Below are positions 25,367 to 37,930 of a stretch of DNA of 64,000 nucleotides, in pieces. The DNA is from Nageia nagi. Lineage: Eukaryota > Plantae > Pinophyta. The stretch is taken from positions 15,686,001 to 15,750,000 of the forward strand of contig JBITNC010000001.1 in assembly GCA_050084985.1 (NCBI GenBank), written 5' to 3'. Numbering within the stretch: position 1 is the first letter of the stretch; each line of letters begins with the position of its first letter. The notes under the pieces were generated by a model. It was not told where the DNA came from. It worked only from the letters and a program-made list of their open reading frames with translations, and made no database searches. The position numbers were made by a program, and so were the translations under genes.

Positions 25367-26739
25367 ATTTTCTTTGAATGTTCGGCACTTTAGGAAAAGC
25401 AAGTTCAATATCTTTCTTAAATGTAGGAATAGTCGTTTCTACAATTTGCATAAAGTTGTTGTATTTTGGGATATTTTACTCTTATGTCATTTGATGAGAA
25501 TCTTTTACTGGGAAGATAAATGAACTTTTCATTCCATTTTTCTTGTCCACTGTGACTACTGCCTCGTGCTCTTTCTTGGAAGTGATTCGGACCTAGTTGT
25601 TTCTTTGCTTGCTTGACAACCCACATGAAGATTCTTAATAAATCTAAGGGATAAAGCCCCAAACCCTGCACAACGTTGACAAGCTATCACCTATCTTTTC
25701 TATCATTCTCCAATTCATTGATTGACCTGTCCCATCCTCACATCTTTCTGCTTTTACATAATCTCACGAGAACACTAGTTGTGAAGAGACCAATAGGTCC
25801 GAACAAATTGTGAGTTTACTACCCCGAGCACATACTCACCTGAGTCATCTTGCGATGAGAAGAGAAACAGAGTCATTAAACAACCATTACTCATTATTTA
25901 ATATATCATAAAGTAAACCTTGGGGTTAAAGTCCTTTCAAGTGGAGGGTAAGGAATGCTACCCCACCTCTGCAGTGTTGTTTCCCATGGGAGAGAAAGAA
26001 ACTCACGTCAACAGGTTGTTGGCAGAACCTAATCACATCATCACATGTTACTCATTTGAAGGCTTGGAAACCCTTTTTCTTTGTCACATTCTTCCTCAAC
26101 TATTATGAATCAAAGGTTTGGCTATTGCAGGAGTGGATCCAGGGGCTTGAACAAAGAGAAGTTGGATGTCTTTGGTAATGTTCAGGTCCAATATGACTTT
26201 GGCTAATTAGTAATTACTGAAAAAAACTGCCTACTTTTGTTTGAGCTTCTTCTTTGACTTATCAAATTGATATTGAGAGACTGCCACTGCTGGCATGATG
26301 ATGTTATGTGATCCGTTAATTCTTTTTTAATCAAATGACAAAGAATCTATAGTGAGCGTGAAGTTTTCTTTGAAGGAGCAGTTTGTGATGTTATGTGGTC
26401 CACTCTAGCTACTGCTATCATTATCATGGCAGTTTGCTTTGTTGGAGCAACAACATAGTGCATTCTACTTTTTTCATTCTTCCGTGGGTTGGTCTGCAAC
26501 AGCTGGTCCTAATGTTTGTGGAGTAGCTGGGATGATGTCTCTGTTGTTTTCTTGTCAAGTTTTAGTGCAGGAATTTAGTATAAATGTAAGATATAATGAC
26601 ATTGGGATTTCCATTAGAAAAAGTCGAAGGGTTGACTGGAGCTAGAGCTGATTGTTTAATTTTGAACGTGTGAGATATTCTGATTGGCTGCTTGTATCTC
26701 TTATCTATTACTGGATGCTCTAGCGCTTTTCTGACCTGA

Positions 26740-27103
26740 TTAGATTGGACTTTGATAACTGTTTTGCTGTTATGTAGGATGACTTTTGCTGACTGGTTTG
26801 TATTGTTAGGAAAACAATTCTGAAGAGAGTAATTACACATAATGAAAGTGGAAAAAGATAAGAATACTGAAGCAACAAACTTATCAAGAGAAACTCACAA
26901 GAATTTCTTGTCTATTTGCATCATCATCTTTAGTGGAAGTTCCAGCACTTTTCTGACATGAATAGATTGGACTTTGATTGCCATTCTTGCTGTTATGTAG
27001 ATTACATTTGCTGATTGGTTTGTATTGTTAGGAAATGCTTCTTAAGAGAGTAATTACAGATAACGAAAGTGGAAAAAGATAAGAATACTGAAGCAACAAA
27101 CTT
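26740..27103. repeat. ~142-bp imperfect direct repeat (26740-26882, 26962-27103)
   Basis: Both copies contain TAGATTGGACTTTGAT and GAAAGTGGAAAAAGATAAGAATACTGAAGCAACAAACTT. Confidence 0.85.
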
Positions 27104-27376
27104 CTTTTGATAATGAGTAAAAAGGTAGGTTTTATCAGGGACCAAAACCTATTACAGAAAATTCTTAAAGATATAACTTTTATGGATCTATTACAGCTTT
27201 GTTGCTGTCCAGATATAACCAATTGTCCATATCAACAAGCAAACCTAATCCAGACTAAAATAGGGCATATGCTATCAATGTCTCTCTGAGCTAGTTCTTC
27301 ATAAGATGGTCTTCCACAAGCGGGTTATTTTACGGATGGATCTTCTTCTATGCTTCAAAGCCAAGTACTGTAGTTT

Positions 27377-27516
27377 GCTATTTCCAGCTCAGTGAGATCT
27401 TTCTCCTTTTCAATCCTATCATTCTCCAAAGAATCCATACAGCAAAGCTATTTCCAGCTCAGTGAGATCTTTCTCCTTTTCAATCCTACCATTCTCCAAA
27501 GAATCCATACAGCAAA
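27377..27516. repeat. 70-bp tandem duplication
   Basis: 27377-27446 and 27447-27516 differ at one base. Confidence 0.92.
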
Positions 27517-28634
27517 GCGAAAATATCATACCTGTATCCCTTCCTCAAAGCCCAAACTAACAGTGACGGCCTCCAAGAGTGAATCCCAAAGTGTCACAAT
27601 CCAAATACAACACTGCGTTGAATGCCCAACATCAGTCATGCCAGTCCAACAACCTGTGTTGACTTAAAGATGTATCTTCACCCACATACCAGATCTGATC
27701 TCCAAATATCACCATCGTTGGCTGTATGGTATGCAACACGTTGAGGAATCTGATACCTGTCAGCCCAAACAAACACATACCGAAGCAACAAACTTATAAA
27801 GATAAGCATGCAAGAATTGTTTACAGACATAAATATCTCCAAATTGTAGTATTTCCTCAAAGACTTCAACACAATTTTCTCATCCATACCTTTAAGATGT
27901 GAAATTGGATATATGAAGTGCACTTGGCTTCTTCACAAATTGGCATTGAAGATTTGATATTTACATTAATGTTGAATCATTGAGAAGATAGAGTGGTAGT
28001 ATTGCTTTGAAGGAACGAACCAAAAGTTTTCAAATGGAGAGATTGGATATTTTATTTTAGGAAGAGGTTTGGTCATAACTCATATCTTCGTCACTGGTGT
28101 TCTTTCATCACTCTCATATTTATAATCATTTGGCTTGCAATCACTTCAAAAAACAGACTTCCCCATTCTTCCTACAATGAACATGATCCTCATCATGGTC
28201 AAGCCAATTGTGCACACGATCTTTCTAGATGTCACTAAATTATAGATCTCAGATGTCTTTCTGGCAGAGTGATAATGAAGTAAACCATTCAACGGTGTAC
28301 AATCAATCATATCATTAATTTTTTAGTGATTCCTTTTTAATGTTTTATTTTGCAATTGTTTTATTTTGAGTTAGAGGCTAATGTTTAGAATAGAGCAGTG
28401 CACATTCAGCCAGTTCTATATATAGTTTAAATTTGAATAGGCTTCCCCAGCTGATTCCTTGGATTCATGACAACATGCAAACTACATTTATTGCTAATAG
28501 GTTGAATTTTTGTTTAAGTGCCAGGATGCTTTCTATTTTTTATCTATTAAAATAGTTGTTATACTACTTGGGATGCATGTTTCTGAAGTACTTGTCCTCT
28601 ACTCATTTTTTATCATTCCTCGTTTATGTAATAG

Positions 28635-28772
28635 GTATTAAAATTCAACCTCACAGAATCTGGGTTGTTCTGTGTTTTACCATGGCTTACCATGGCTATT
28701 TGTGCCAACTTGGGAGGGTGGATAGCTGACACCCTTGTGAGCAGAGGGCTATCAATCACAAGAGTTCGGAAG
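28635..28772 (+). CDS. PHT4;4: Plastid anion/ascorbate transporter (PHT4/SLC17 MFS), internal exon VLKFNLTESG...SITRVRK
   Basis: AG/GT bounded, 46 codons; matches the recalled Arabidopsis PHT4;4/ANTR2 segment VLKFNLTESGLLCVLPWLTMA..ANIGGWIADTLVSRGLSIT. PHT4;1 is the close paralogue. Confidence 0.93.
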
Positions 28773-29469
28773 GTAAGCTTGTTATTTGCATATGAATTAA
28801 ATGAGAATCTTTTAATATTTTCACGTGTTTGTTGTCTCATTATTTACTATATTTAGTATATATGAGATCCTCTCTCTCAGAAATGTAAGCAGTGCATTAA
28901 TATATTTTGATTCACAAATTGCACATAGCTTGAAACAAAATGAAAACAGAGAGAGCAAAACATATACAAAATTAAAAAATAAGAAGATATGGATCAGTAT
29001 TCTATCTATGTATAAATAACATGATATAACATACCTTACGTCTATTTTTACATAAAACTATTAAAAAGCTGTGACAAAGTTTCATTATATTATAAAGATT
29101 TCAACTACCCATAACTCATACAAAACAGATACATTCTGTAGCATGATAATGTAGAACTCCACAGTTATTTCACATTATTGATGGCAAAAAATGCTCCCAT
29201 TCTGTTCATCCACATGATGATTATTGCAATCTTAAGCAGTTGTGCATCTAAGAATACTTTGTTTCAATAATCTTGAGATTCTTATGGATGGATCTTTAAT
29301 ATTGCATTCTTAGATGAGAATAAATTGTCTTCTCACTCTTCCTTGAGCTATAGGGTTATTAAGAAGATATGCAAGAGCTTAGTGATCTGCATAAAACATA
29401 AAGGACTGGACAACAAGTAATGTTGAAACTGAAACCATAGTTGTCAAACTTGAGTCTGGTGAGTACATG

Positions 29470-30536
29470 TGTGACATCTTCCTTGTACAATTGTAATTAA
29501 TTATGGAATCCAACGGATTCCTCCTTTTGTATAATTAATTATTTAATTGTACTTTTTAGTTAGTACTTGGGATAGAAGACTTAATGGGTCGTTGGACCCC
29601 ACTGTGAGCTCCAAGTGGCTCCCTCCCAAGTGTAGTTTAGTATGTTTTAATGTACTTGGAGATTCCAAAACATGATTGTGGGAATCCCAAGGTCTATTTA
29701 GCATTTAGAACATGGATGAGCACTTGTACACATGTGCCAACCTTGGGGAGACTTCTAGACCCCCACGTTGCCCCCCTAGATGCCCACGCATGCCTCCTTG
29801 ACCCACGTGGAGCATGAAGGAGGCCTAGATACCTACGTTGGGCCTGGAATGACTCCTAGGTGCCATCGTTGGGGTTTGAGGGGACCGGGTGATGACTTTG
29901 AGGTGAGATCCAGATCCAGGAAAGCTATATTAGCCCTTGGAGCCTTATTGCTAGATATACAAATTTGATAATATTACTCATACCATCCTGTGGACAGAAG
30001 TCTTGGCTCCGCGTCCAGCAACATCTCTAGGTGCAACATTTAGGAGGGTTGATAGGCTAAGATCCTGTTAATCTACGATTTTTGTGTAGCACACTAGCCC
30101 ATCCGATGGTATTCCGAGGTCATGCTTCTACCATTCAGTTGGTCGACAAGGTTTGAGGAAGGCTCCTTTGGTGGAAAGGATTTAGATTCCGAGGGAGTGA
30201 GGTTGTCCCATTCAGTGTTCCATCCGCCCAGCAGTAGAGACATTCGTTGTGCCCTAGTTGGCTCCTTGGAGGCCAATGTTGAGCCCTTGGGGGCCTGGTA
30301 TTGTATTGTTGCTTCTTCATATCATTAATACAGGCATTGGGCTATTGGATCTCATATTTGTGTTGTGCATACTCATCTATTCCCATCATTGGATTATCTT
30401 TGCATGTATGTGTTTGTATGAGCCATACATTGGCATTATTGCATTGTTTGAGCTTTATCTAGATGCACTAGGTCAGACGTTGGAGCATACTTGTGTGTAT
30501 TTGATTTAATTGCACTCAAATTGCATTTAGGCTTTA
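29470..30536 (+). mobile_element. Family B-related solo LTR in a host intron
   Basis: Starts TGTGACATC; GACCCCCACGTTG motifs; ACATG on both sides (right end reads TA rather than CA). Confidence 0.72.
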
Positions 30537-31126
30537 ACATGTAATATTAATGATTTGGTCAAAACAAATACTCACTTCCAAGTTTTGAAATTGATCAAAT
30601 TTCTTGTTATTTTTTAGCTGAATCAAGAGTTTTTTGCCCCATTGTTTTTGTGGAGTTGCATGTTCTACTAATTAATTTAAAAAAAAATAAAATTTTAATA
30701 TTTTTTATTCTCGAATTTTTAATAGAATGTATTGTAACTATGAATAGATTTATGAATTAGTTGTTAGAGTTTGAAGGAATTCCATCACTATCTTTGCTGC
30801 AACATTGCCAAATGCAAATGAGAATTAACTATAACATGGACTACATCACATTGTCGCAAAAAGAAAACAGTCGTATCCTTTATCAAACTCATTTGATATT
30901 TCTGTTTATCATAGGCCACTTTAAACATTTGGCATTAAAAATAATGTAACCCACTGAAAAATAATTTTGTATACCGTTGTAACATTTAGGCAATCATGTT
31001 CTTTCAAACAACACAATAAATTTTGTTGACTCTATGCCTTCTTTGGACTACACCTCTTTGGAGTTTTGTGATTTAATTTTCTTTGACTAGCAACTGTAAT
31101 ATTAATATTTTTGTTGAAACCTGCAG

Positions 31127-31228
31127 ATTATGCAGTCAATTGGCTTTCTTGGTCCAGCTTTTTTCTTGACACAATTGAGCCATGTCAAATCACCGGCAAT
31201 GGCGGTCTTGTGTATGACATGCAGCCAA
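31127..31228 (+). CDS. PHT4;4: PHT4 transporter exon IMQSIGFLGPAFFL...CMTCSQ
   Basis: CAG/GT bounded, 34 codons, phase 0, continues the conserved sequence. Confidence 0.93.
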
Positions 31229-31357
31229 GTATGTAGTAATTATTATGACACCTCATGATTGGGAAGCTGCAAAACCATTTTTTTCATCTTTTCAAGTGTT
31301 AACAGAAAACCAATTTTTTTTTTCTGAAAACATTAAACTGTTTTATCGCTTTTGTAG

Positions 31358-31423
31358 GGAAGTGATGCTTTTTCTCAGTCTGGTCTCTATTCAAATCATC
31401 AGGATATTGGCCCACGCTATGCA
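31358..31423 (+). CDS. PHT4;4: PHT4 transporter exon GSDAFSQSGLYSNHQDIGPRYA
   Basis: TAG/GTGAGT bounded, 22 codons; SLC17-type NHQDIGPRYA motif. Confidence 0.93.
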
Positions 31424-32713
31424 GTGAGTATCATTTCTTTATTTAAACAATCAAAACATATTGTATGCTTGATAATGGCTTCCACAGGGATTTTTTGTTT
31501 GAGATGCAAAAATTTGTTTCACAGGATATAAAGATGAACATATTAAAGAAGTTTTGTGTAATTTATGGTTAAAAACTTATATCAAATGCTGTTTATATGA
31601 AATGCAATATCTAGAAGAGGTATGAAGATAATGTAGAGCTGATTGCTTTAACTTATTTTATTACTGATATTTGATGAAATAACACAACATGGATAATATT
31701 TGAACACTTAAGAGGGACAGAAAATTAAAACAAATCTCTTACTACTTTAAAGATGCAGATTATCAATGTAAACTTGACGATAAGATTCAAGACTCATGCT
31801 CGGCTTATGACATACAGAAAATCAGCAAAGGAGACTTTCATGCATCATGTATTACTTAAAAGTGACTTTCATTTCTTGGAAGTTGTTTCAGTATATTTAA
31901 CAAAGAGACATTACATACATGGCTACTCATTCTATTTCCATGATTGCTTTAGCCGAGAGAAACAATCCATGACTATACTATGTGACTTACTAAATTCCTT
32001 ATACTTGAACATTTAATCAATGAATAGAATGCTGGTGAATTTTCTATTTCTGACAATTGTTCATGGCCATAGTTTGTGATTTACTGAATGCTGATCTCAT
32101 AATCCATAGAGTTATCCTTATAGGATGACCTAGGTTGTGAGGAGGCAATACCTTGTGCTAGTTACGTAAAGATTTGTTCTGCAGTAATAGTGCTAGCATG
32201 TCATTGACAGAAATCCACATCTTGAAAGTTTACAAACACGATATATGTGAGATGATCATTTTGCTTCCATGATTGATACCAATTGCATCCCTTCTTGATC
32301 ATGCCAACCAGATCCAAAAATTCTGTTTGGTCTGTTCACTGTAGGTATTGATAGCGCTGTTCCCGCACAACACGCCCCAGAATTTTGGAATTTTGAGGGC
32401 CCTCTTTGGGCCAGAGCAATGGAGAGAGTCACTTTGAAGGCATGGGATGAGAAATTTTTGAGGCCGTATTGGAGACTAGAAATGTGGGAAAGTGTCAAGA
32501 TCCAAACCGAGACCACTTTCTGAGAACAAAGGAGCAAATTTGTATCATCTTGGGGTTTACAGAGGTCAAGGGGTGAATTCACACCGTATTTGTTCATGAC
32601 AATTCGTGCTATTCCTATTTTTACCAAGATTGGGACATCCTTACTTCAAGAGAGTTTGTGATTCCATCCTCCACAAGCCTTGGATTGCTGATTTCTCTTC
32701 AGGAACAAATAGA

Positions 32714-34851
32714 TGTTATGTTCCTAAATTATTTTTATTCCAAAAATAGCAATCAAAACACAAAGATGCACCAATTAAGATGAGATGTACAAAATATAAC
32801 TCAAAAGATGCTCAAATATGGATCCAAAAAAATTGTCCAAGTGTGCCATAAGACTGGACGTCTCAATAAACACACAATATTTCACTAAAAATGGCCCAAA
32901 GGGCTAGACATTTGGCTTATATGACCAAATCGACAACTCCACAAGCTCACTATGCACCAAGAAGGTTGACGTCATACATCTAGGGCTTCAAACCCGCAAA
33001 TATGGATGTTGGAATGGTAACAACACTCTCTTAGACTTGGACACTCCACCAAAGGGCTCTTCTCATGCCTAGAACCAAAGGAGAAGTGATGCCTCGGAAT
33101 GCCACCAGATGGGACTAAGGGTTTTCATCCTTAGACCTAGATCTAGCAGGGTGCCCTTCCTACTAAACCCTTCCTTGATGGATTTTCGTCCAACAAGAGG
33201 AATAGAGATGACTCCACACGAAACTCGCAAGTAGAAGATGTCAAATATATCAAAAGATGCCTCCTCAATGTTGCGCTAGCCCATTACATAGATGGTGCCT
33301 CACTTTGGATGCCTAGATCTCACCTAGTGTAATGTCCCCATCTTTGGGAGTTTCTCTTATTTATGTTTTTCTGGAATTTCATCTTCCATGAGTCAAGAAT
33401 TGTCTATTTACCTTTAGAAATGGATAGTACATCTCATGCCAAATATTTTGATAGGTTATACGACCAATTTTTGGCAAGAAACGAGGTAGATATGGACTTT
33501 AGAAAATTCACCCCTGATACCAATTTCTACTATTGCACACACGAGGACCCACTTTATTAATATTGTATTTAGTGTCTTATGCGACACTTAACATTAATGG
33601 TCTGGCCCTATGAGGAGTATTAGGTGTGAATTCTATGTAGATTAGGAGTCTTTGTTATTTTATAATAAAAGTGGGTGATGTTTTGTAATAAGGAAATATA
33701 TTATTCCTTTATTGCCCAACGTCTAGCTTATGAGTTATTTATATTTCTAGGTTGGGTCGGCCAAGCACAAATTAGAATTGGACTTCTCCTAGCTCACTAT
33801 AAAAGGGAAGTGAGCACCTCATTTGAAGACATCATAATTTGGCATTTGATCTTTGATCTTTAGGAGTTGGGGCTGTTCCCCTCTCTTCCTTCTAAGAGCT
33901 AGGGCTGCTTCCTAGCCTAGAAGTTGCATATTTGCAATTACCTACATTTGGAGAGCTTGCACCAACATTGGAGGGCATCCTCGCCCTAGCACTAGACCTT
34001 GGGAGCCATCTTGAGACTTGCGCCAGCCATCCTAACTACTTGGAGTCTTGTGCTATCCTTTGGGATCCCTAGTTGCACATTTTGAAAGTCTTGGGCTATG
34101 CCTTAGAACTTGTTACAGTCTTGCGCTTATTATTGGTTATTATTCATGATATTTGGCTCTCATATTGCTCATCGAATGTGAATGAATGCTCTTCTACTAT
34201 TGTTGTACTGTTATCATTCATTGTGTATGGGAATGTATGCAAATTAGAATGTTTTGGTGGCATATTACTGTTATGTTACAAATCTGCAATTGTGCCCTAG
34301 CTTGTATGGTTTCGCATGTTGTATAAGCATTATTACTTTATAGATAAGATTTGGTTACTATTATAATAATTCAGTCTTGGGAGCATTATTGGATGATTGT
34401 TGACCATTTTTAGTTGTACCCTAATTTGTGAATGAATGCGGAATTGGATTGAGTATGTTGTGCATGTTTAGCTTAAGCCCTAGAAGGATACATTACACCT
34501 AGGAGTCATCAAGAATGTGTCGCCTTAATTCAAATGCATAGATTAGCCTTGTAATCATGCCTTGGGATCTCAACTATCAAATATAGCATCACCTAATCAT
34601 GCCTATCTAGGGAGACGTCCCACATTGGGTCTCACAACTGGTCACTTGGACTTACAAGTCTCCTATCCTAGGTTACAAACATGACTAAGAATACATCAAG
34701 TGACTATTAAATACTCCTAACTATCAAATCACTCCTAAATTACATCAAGTCATGTTTAGATGCTCCCTAATGGGAAGCATCAAGCCTCAAGTGGACCCCA
34801 TGGGTCTTTACAAGAAAGAAAAAGGAACGGGAATAAATCTGGATTATTACA
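32714..34851 (-). mobile_element. Old family B-related solo LTR (~960 bp net) with nested solo LTR
   Basis: TGTTATG...ATTACA termini; TSD ATAGA/ATGGA (4/5); GGGAGACGTCCC..GGGTCTCACA block as in family B. Confidence 0.6.
33328..34497 (+). mobile_element. Solo LTR (1170 bp, family C)
   Basis: TGTAATGTCCCC...GATACATTACA termini; perfect TSD CCTAG; CTATAAAAGGG at ~33797. Confidence 0.9.
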
Positions 34852-36030
34852 ATGGAGCATCTCTTGCCAATTGTTTTGACAGGTCACATGACAAGGTTTC
34901 GTCAAAAAATGAGGAAGATATGGTCTTTTGAAATTTGCGCCCGAAGCTAGATTTCTACTATTGCAGGCACGGATCTTCACAATTATAATATTTATTTTTG
35001 GCCATTTGGAATGAGACATCCCTCTCCTAGGGATGTGTGATTGCACTTAATGTAGTAGGAGTGAATTAAATCTAATTAGGTGTCTTTTATTATTTTATTT
35101 TAGCATGGGCCATATTTTGTAACTTGGGATCGAATTTGTCTCCCCAAGGCTTGGTGCCTATCTAGGATAGGTTTATTTTATTTCTAGGATTCATTTAATA
35201 TTATGTTACTGGGTTGGGTTGGCCAACCAAAGAAAAGCAATGTAATCTCTCCAAGTGCTCTATATAAGGAGGATGAGCGCTTCACTTGAGGACACCTTAT
35301 GCTATCTTCTATCAATCAAATCTTCCTATTGGCAAACCCTTGGAGTGTGTAGTTGGATCATTTTGTACATCCAATTCCTCCTGCAAATGGAAACCTATTG
35401 GAGAGCTCAGATAGAAGCCCTGGTGCTTCTCCACCTTATTTAGAAAACCAATAGTTGGAAGCCCTGGAGCCGTAGCTACTTCAAATAAAAAATATTGTTC
35501 GTGGAAGTTAGTCTAGTGTCCCAATCCTAAGTTGAAGACAAGATCCTAGAATCCCATCTTTAGCCTTAGAGTGAGACATTTAGTTGAGAAGCAATTTTCA
35601 AATCCAAAAAGTGGTGTTTGAAGCCCTTGGCGGAACATCACCCCCTTCTTGGCCTAATTTCAGCTTTTCAAGGTCATTTCTTGGTTAATAAAAATAATGT
35701 GAGCATATTTACCCTTGTTGCCTATTTTTGTGTCGTCTTGAGCATTATTTCGAATTTATCTTGAGCTTTATGATTGGACACATGCTTGGAATGAATAATT
35801 AATTTATTTTTGGTAATTTTGAGTATTTTGCTTAATTTTCTAAGTTTGGAGTGAAAAGGATTAGTTAGGAATTGCCATAATTTTTAAGAATCTTGATGCC
35901 CTTAATTTGGGACATTTCATCTTAAAACTTGTAAGACTCCAAAATGGTGTGATTGACTCTTAGGCAGACCAAATTGGAGTATTAAAAGGATTAAGGTCTC
36001 AAATACATGCAAAAGAGGGAGTCACATCAT
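34852..36030 (+). mobile_element. Family C LTR-like remnant (boundaries uncertain)
   Basis: GAGCATCTCTTGCC..GAGGAAGATATGG block resembles 33425-33495 and the reverse complement of 42820-42895; CTATATAAGG at ~35260. Confidence 0.5.
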
Positions 36031-36049
36031 TGAGTGCTTAAATAGTGTA

Positions 36050-36500
36050 AGACATCAAAGACATGCAACTTCATCTCATGTGCACCCTCTTTGAGCCTTA
36101 AATGGCCAACCAATAAGATGATGACATTTGTCCAAGGTGGCATGAAGGGTATAAAAAGGAGTCCAAGCTTTCCATTTTACACATCACTCATACCATCTCT
36201 CTCTAGTCGCATCAAACCGGAGCCTTAGAAGAGTTAAGAGGTCAAAAGCATGCAACTAGCTTAAGATCCTCTTGGCATGTGACTTCATCCCATGCGCACC
36301 CTCTTTGAGCCTTAAATGGCCAACCAGCTCAACCGATGGGAAGATGACACCTGTCCTAAACACTCCAAGTGGCCAAAATGGGCTATAAATATCAAGTTTA
36401 GACCTTCATTTGCACCTCACAATGCTCTTCCTAAATTCACATCATTTTTAGAGCATAGGATTGGTAAGACTCCAAAAGCATGCAACTCCCTCACAAGCAC
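36050..36500 (+). repeat. Fragment of family-A-type hairpin/TATA modules
   Basis: Duplicated CATGYGCACCCTCTTTGAGCCTTAAATGGCCAACCA; GATGACA...CTATAAATATCAAG as at 821-855. Confidence 0.5.
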
Positions 36501-36915
36501 TATATCTGACTTTGGGATGCAAGCTTTTCACTTTTTGCATACAAGTCCTCTATGGTTGGTTGTTTCCCTATTGATTTCTCTTCTTCTACCTCTCTATGCC
36601 CTTTCTCCTTGAGAGATAGTGTACACACCTTACAGGGTTCTTTTCCTGAATCTGGGGCTCTAAGAGAACTCCTGGTAATCCTCACATTTAAAGTGATAAT
36701 GAATCTACTTTTTATCATATTTGTCCTCCTCATCTCCAGGACTGTGAGAGGCAATTGGTCATTAAAATATCTTCAACTTATTTATCTCTCTTCTTTCTAT
36801 CATTTGGCAAGTCACATGAACTTTATATGTCTTGCCCAATTCCCAATACCTCCAAATGGGGACCTGACCTGTCCAATCCCATCTTTGACAAATTCAAAAT
36901 TTCTTCCTCCAAGAG

Positions 36916-37930
36916 TGTAAAAGACACCCTACTTTCTTTTTTTCTAAATGCTGAATGTGAGGGTTTGGAATATAATACAATGATGCAAGAATATATAAAA
37001 CATGCAATATTGCTTAGGGAAAATAAACACCAAAATACTTGATATTTGAAAATACCCAGAAGCTGGAAATTACTTCAGATTTATTACAGAGTTTGGACAG
37101 TGAAAAGATAATGAAACTAACAATGCCCAGAAGGTAGATCCAAGTGATCTAAGAAGATCTGATACCTTGTCATGTGGGAGATGTGTCTTTCAAGGTAGTA
37201 TGACCAGATCTGTAAATCTCCTGCAGTGACTTCAAACACACCAAAAACTATGCCACAACACAATGAAAATTAAGGAAAACCAGATTTGGGAAATAATGTA
37301 AGAGCAATTGTACTTTCTGAATGAAAATACCAACACCAGTTAGGATCAATATCTCACCACCAAAACGAGTAAGATTGAAGAGGCCTTTTGTCTTCCACAA
37401 CTCCAACAATCAAACCCTGGAAGCGAATTTCCAGCAGCATCTCCTTTAAATTGTCATTTTTCAAAATGTTTGAAATGAGAGCCCAAATGCCAATATATAT
37501 AGTTTGGAAGGAAATTAGGGCATTTGGAATATAAAAATATTTTATTTTCCTTCAACAAGTCCCTTCATAGCCTAGGAGTCCACTTTAGGGGTCAATAACT
37601 TCATTTTATGAGATTAAAGTCACTTAAGTGAAATAAAGCCACTTTAGCAAGCTTAAGCGAAATATTAGAAATATTTGCTCATTTCTTCCATAAACGCTCA
37701 AACCTTTGAAAACAAAGATAATACTGCATCAAGACTGAAAAAGCTGCACAAATGTTGGATGTCCAGAAATAGAAAATGCTAAAGATAGCACTTACTAAAA
37801 GTATCATAGGATCCGAAAATGCTTGAAATTGAAAACAAGGGGCTCCCTAACCACTTTCGCATAGCCTACAGGACCCAAGAATAGGCTAATGGGAAACCAT
37901 GTTGACTAAGTGTGAGAAGGGGACATTACA
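36916..37930 (-). mobile_element. Solo LTR (1015 bp)
   Basis: TGTAAAAGACACC...GGGGACATTACA termini; TSD AAGAG/AGGAG (4/5). Confidence 0.75.

Larger units (their letters stand above)
7024..26013 (+). mobile_element. Family A giant solo-LTR-like element, copy A2 (~6.97 kb net of nested insertions)
   Basis: Inverted termini TGTTGAC (7024) and GTCAACA (26013); perfect 5-bp TSD GGTTG (7019-7023, 26014-26018). No terminal direct repeat and no gag/pol of its own were seen. Confidence 0.8.

Noticed and set aside
28199-28228. Minus-strand peptide RKIVCTIG resembling the pyruvate kinase N-terminus
   Set aside because: Similarity stops after 7-8 residues, with no following ARxNxSHG motif or exon structure; likely chance.
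29436-30742. Possible hAT MITE with CATAGTT...AACTATG ends around the 29470 LTR
   Set aside because: Only a 7-bp TIR and no matching 8-bp TSD.
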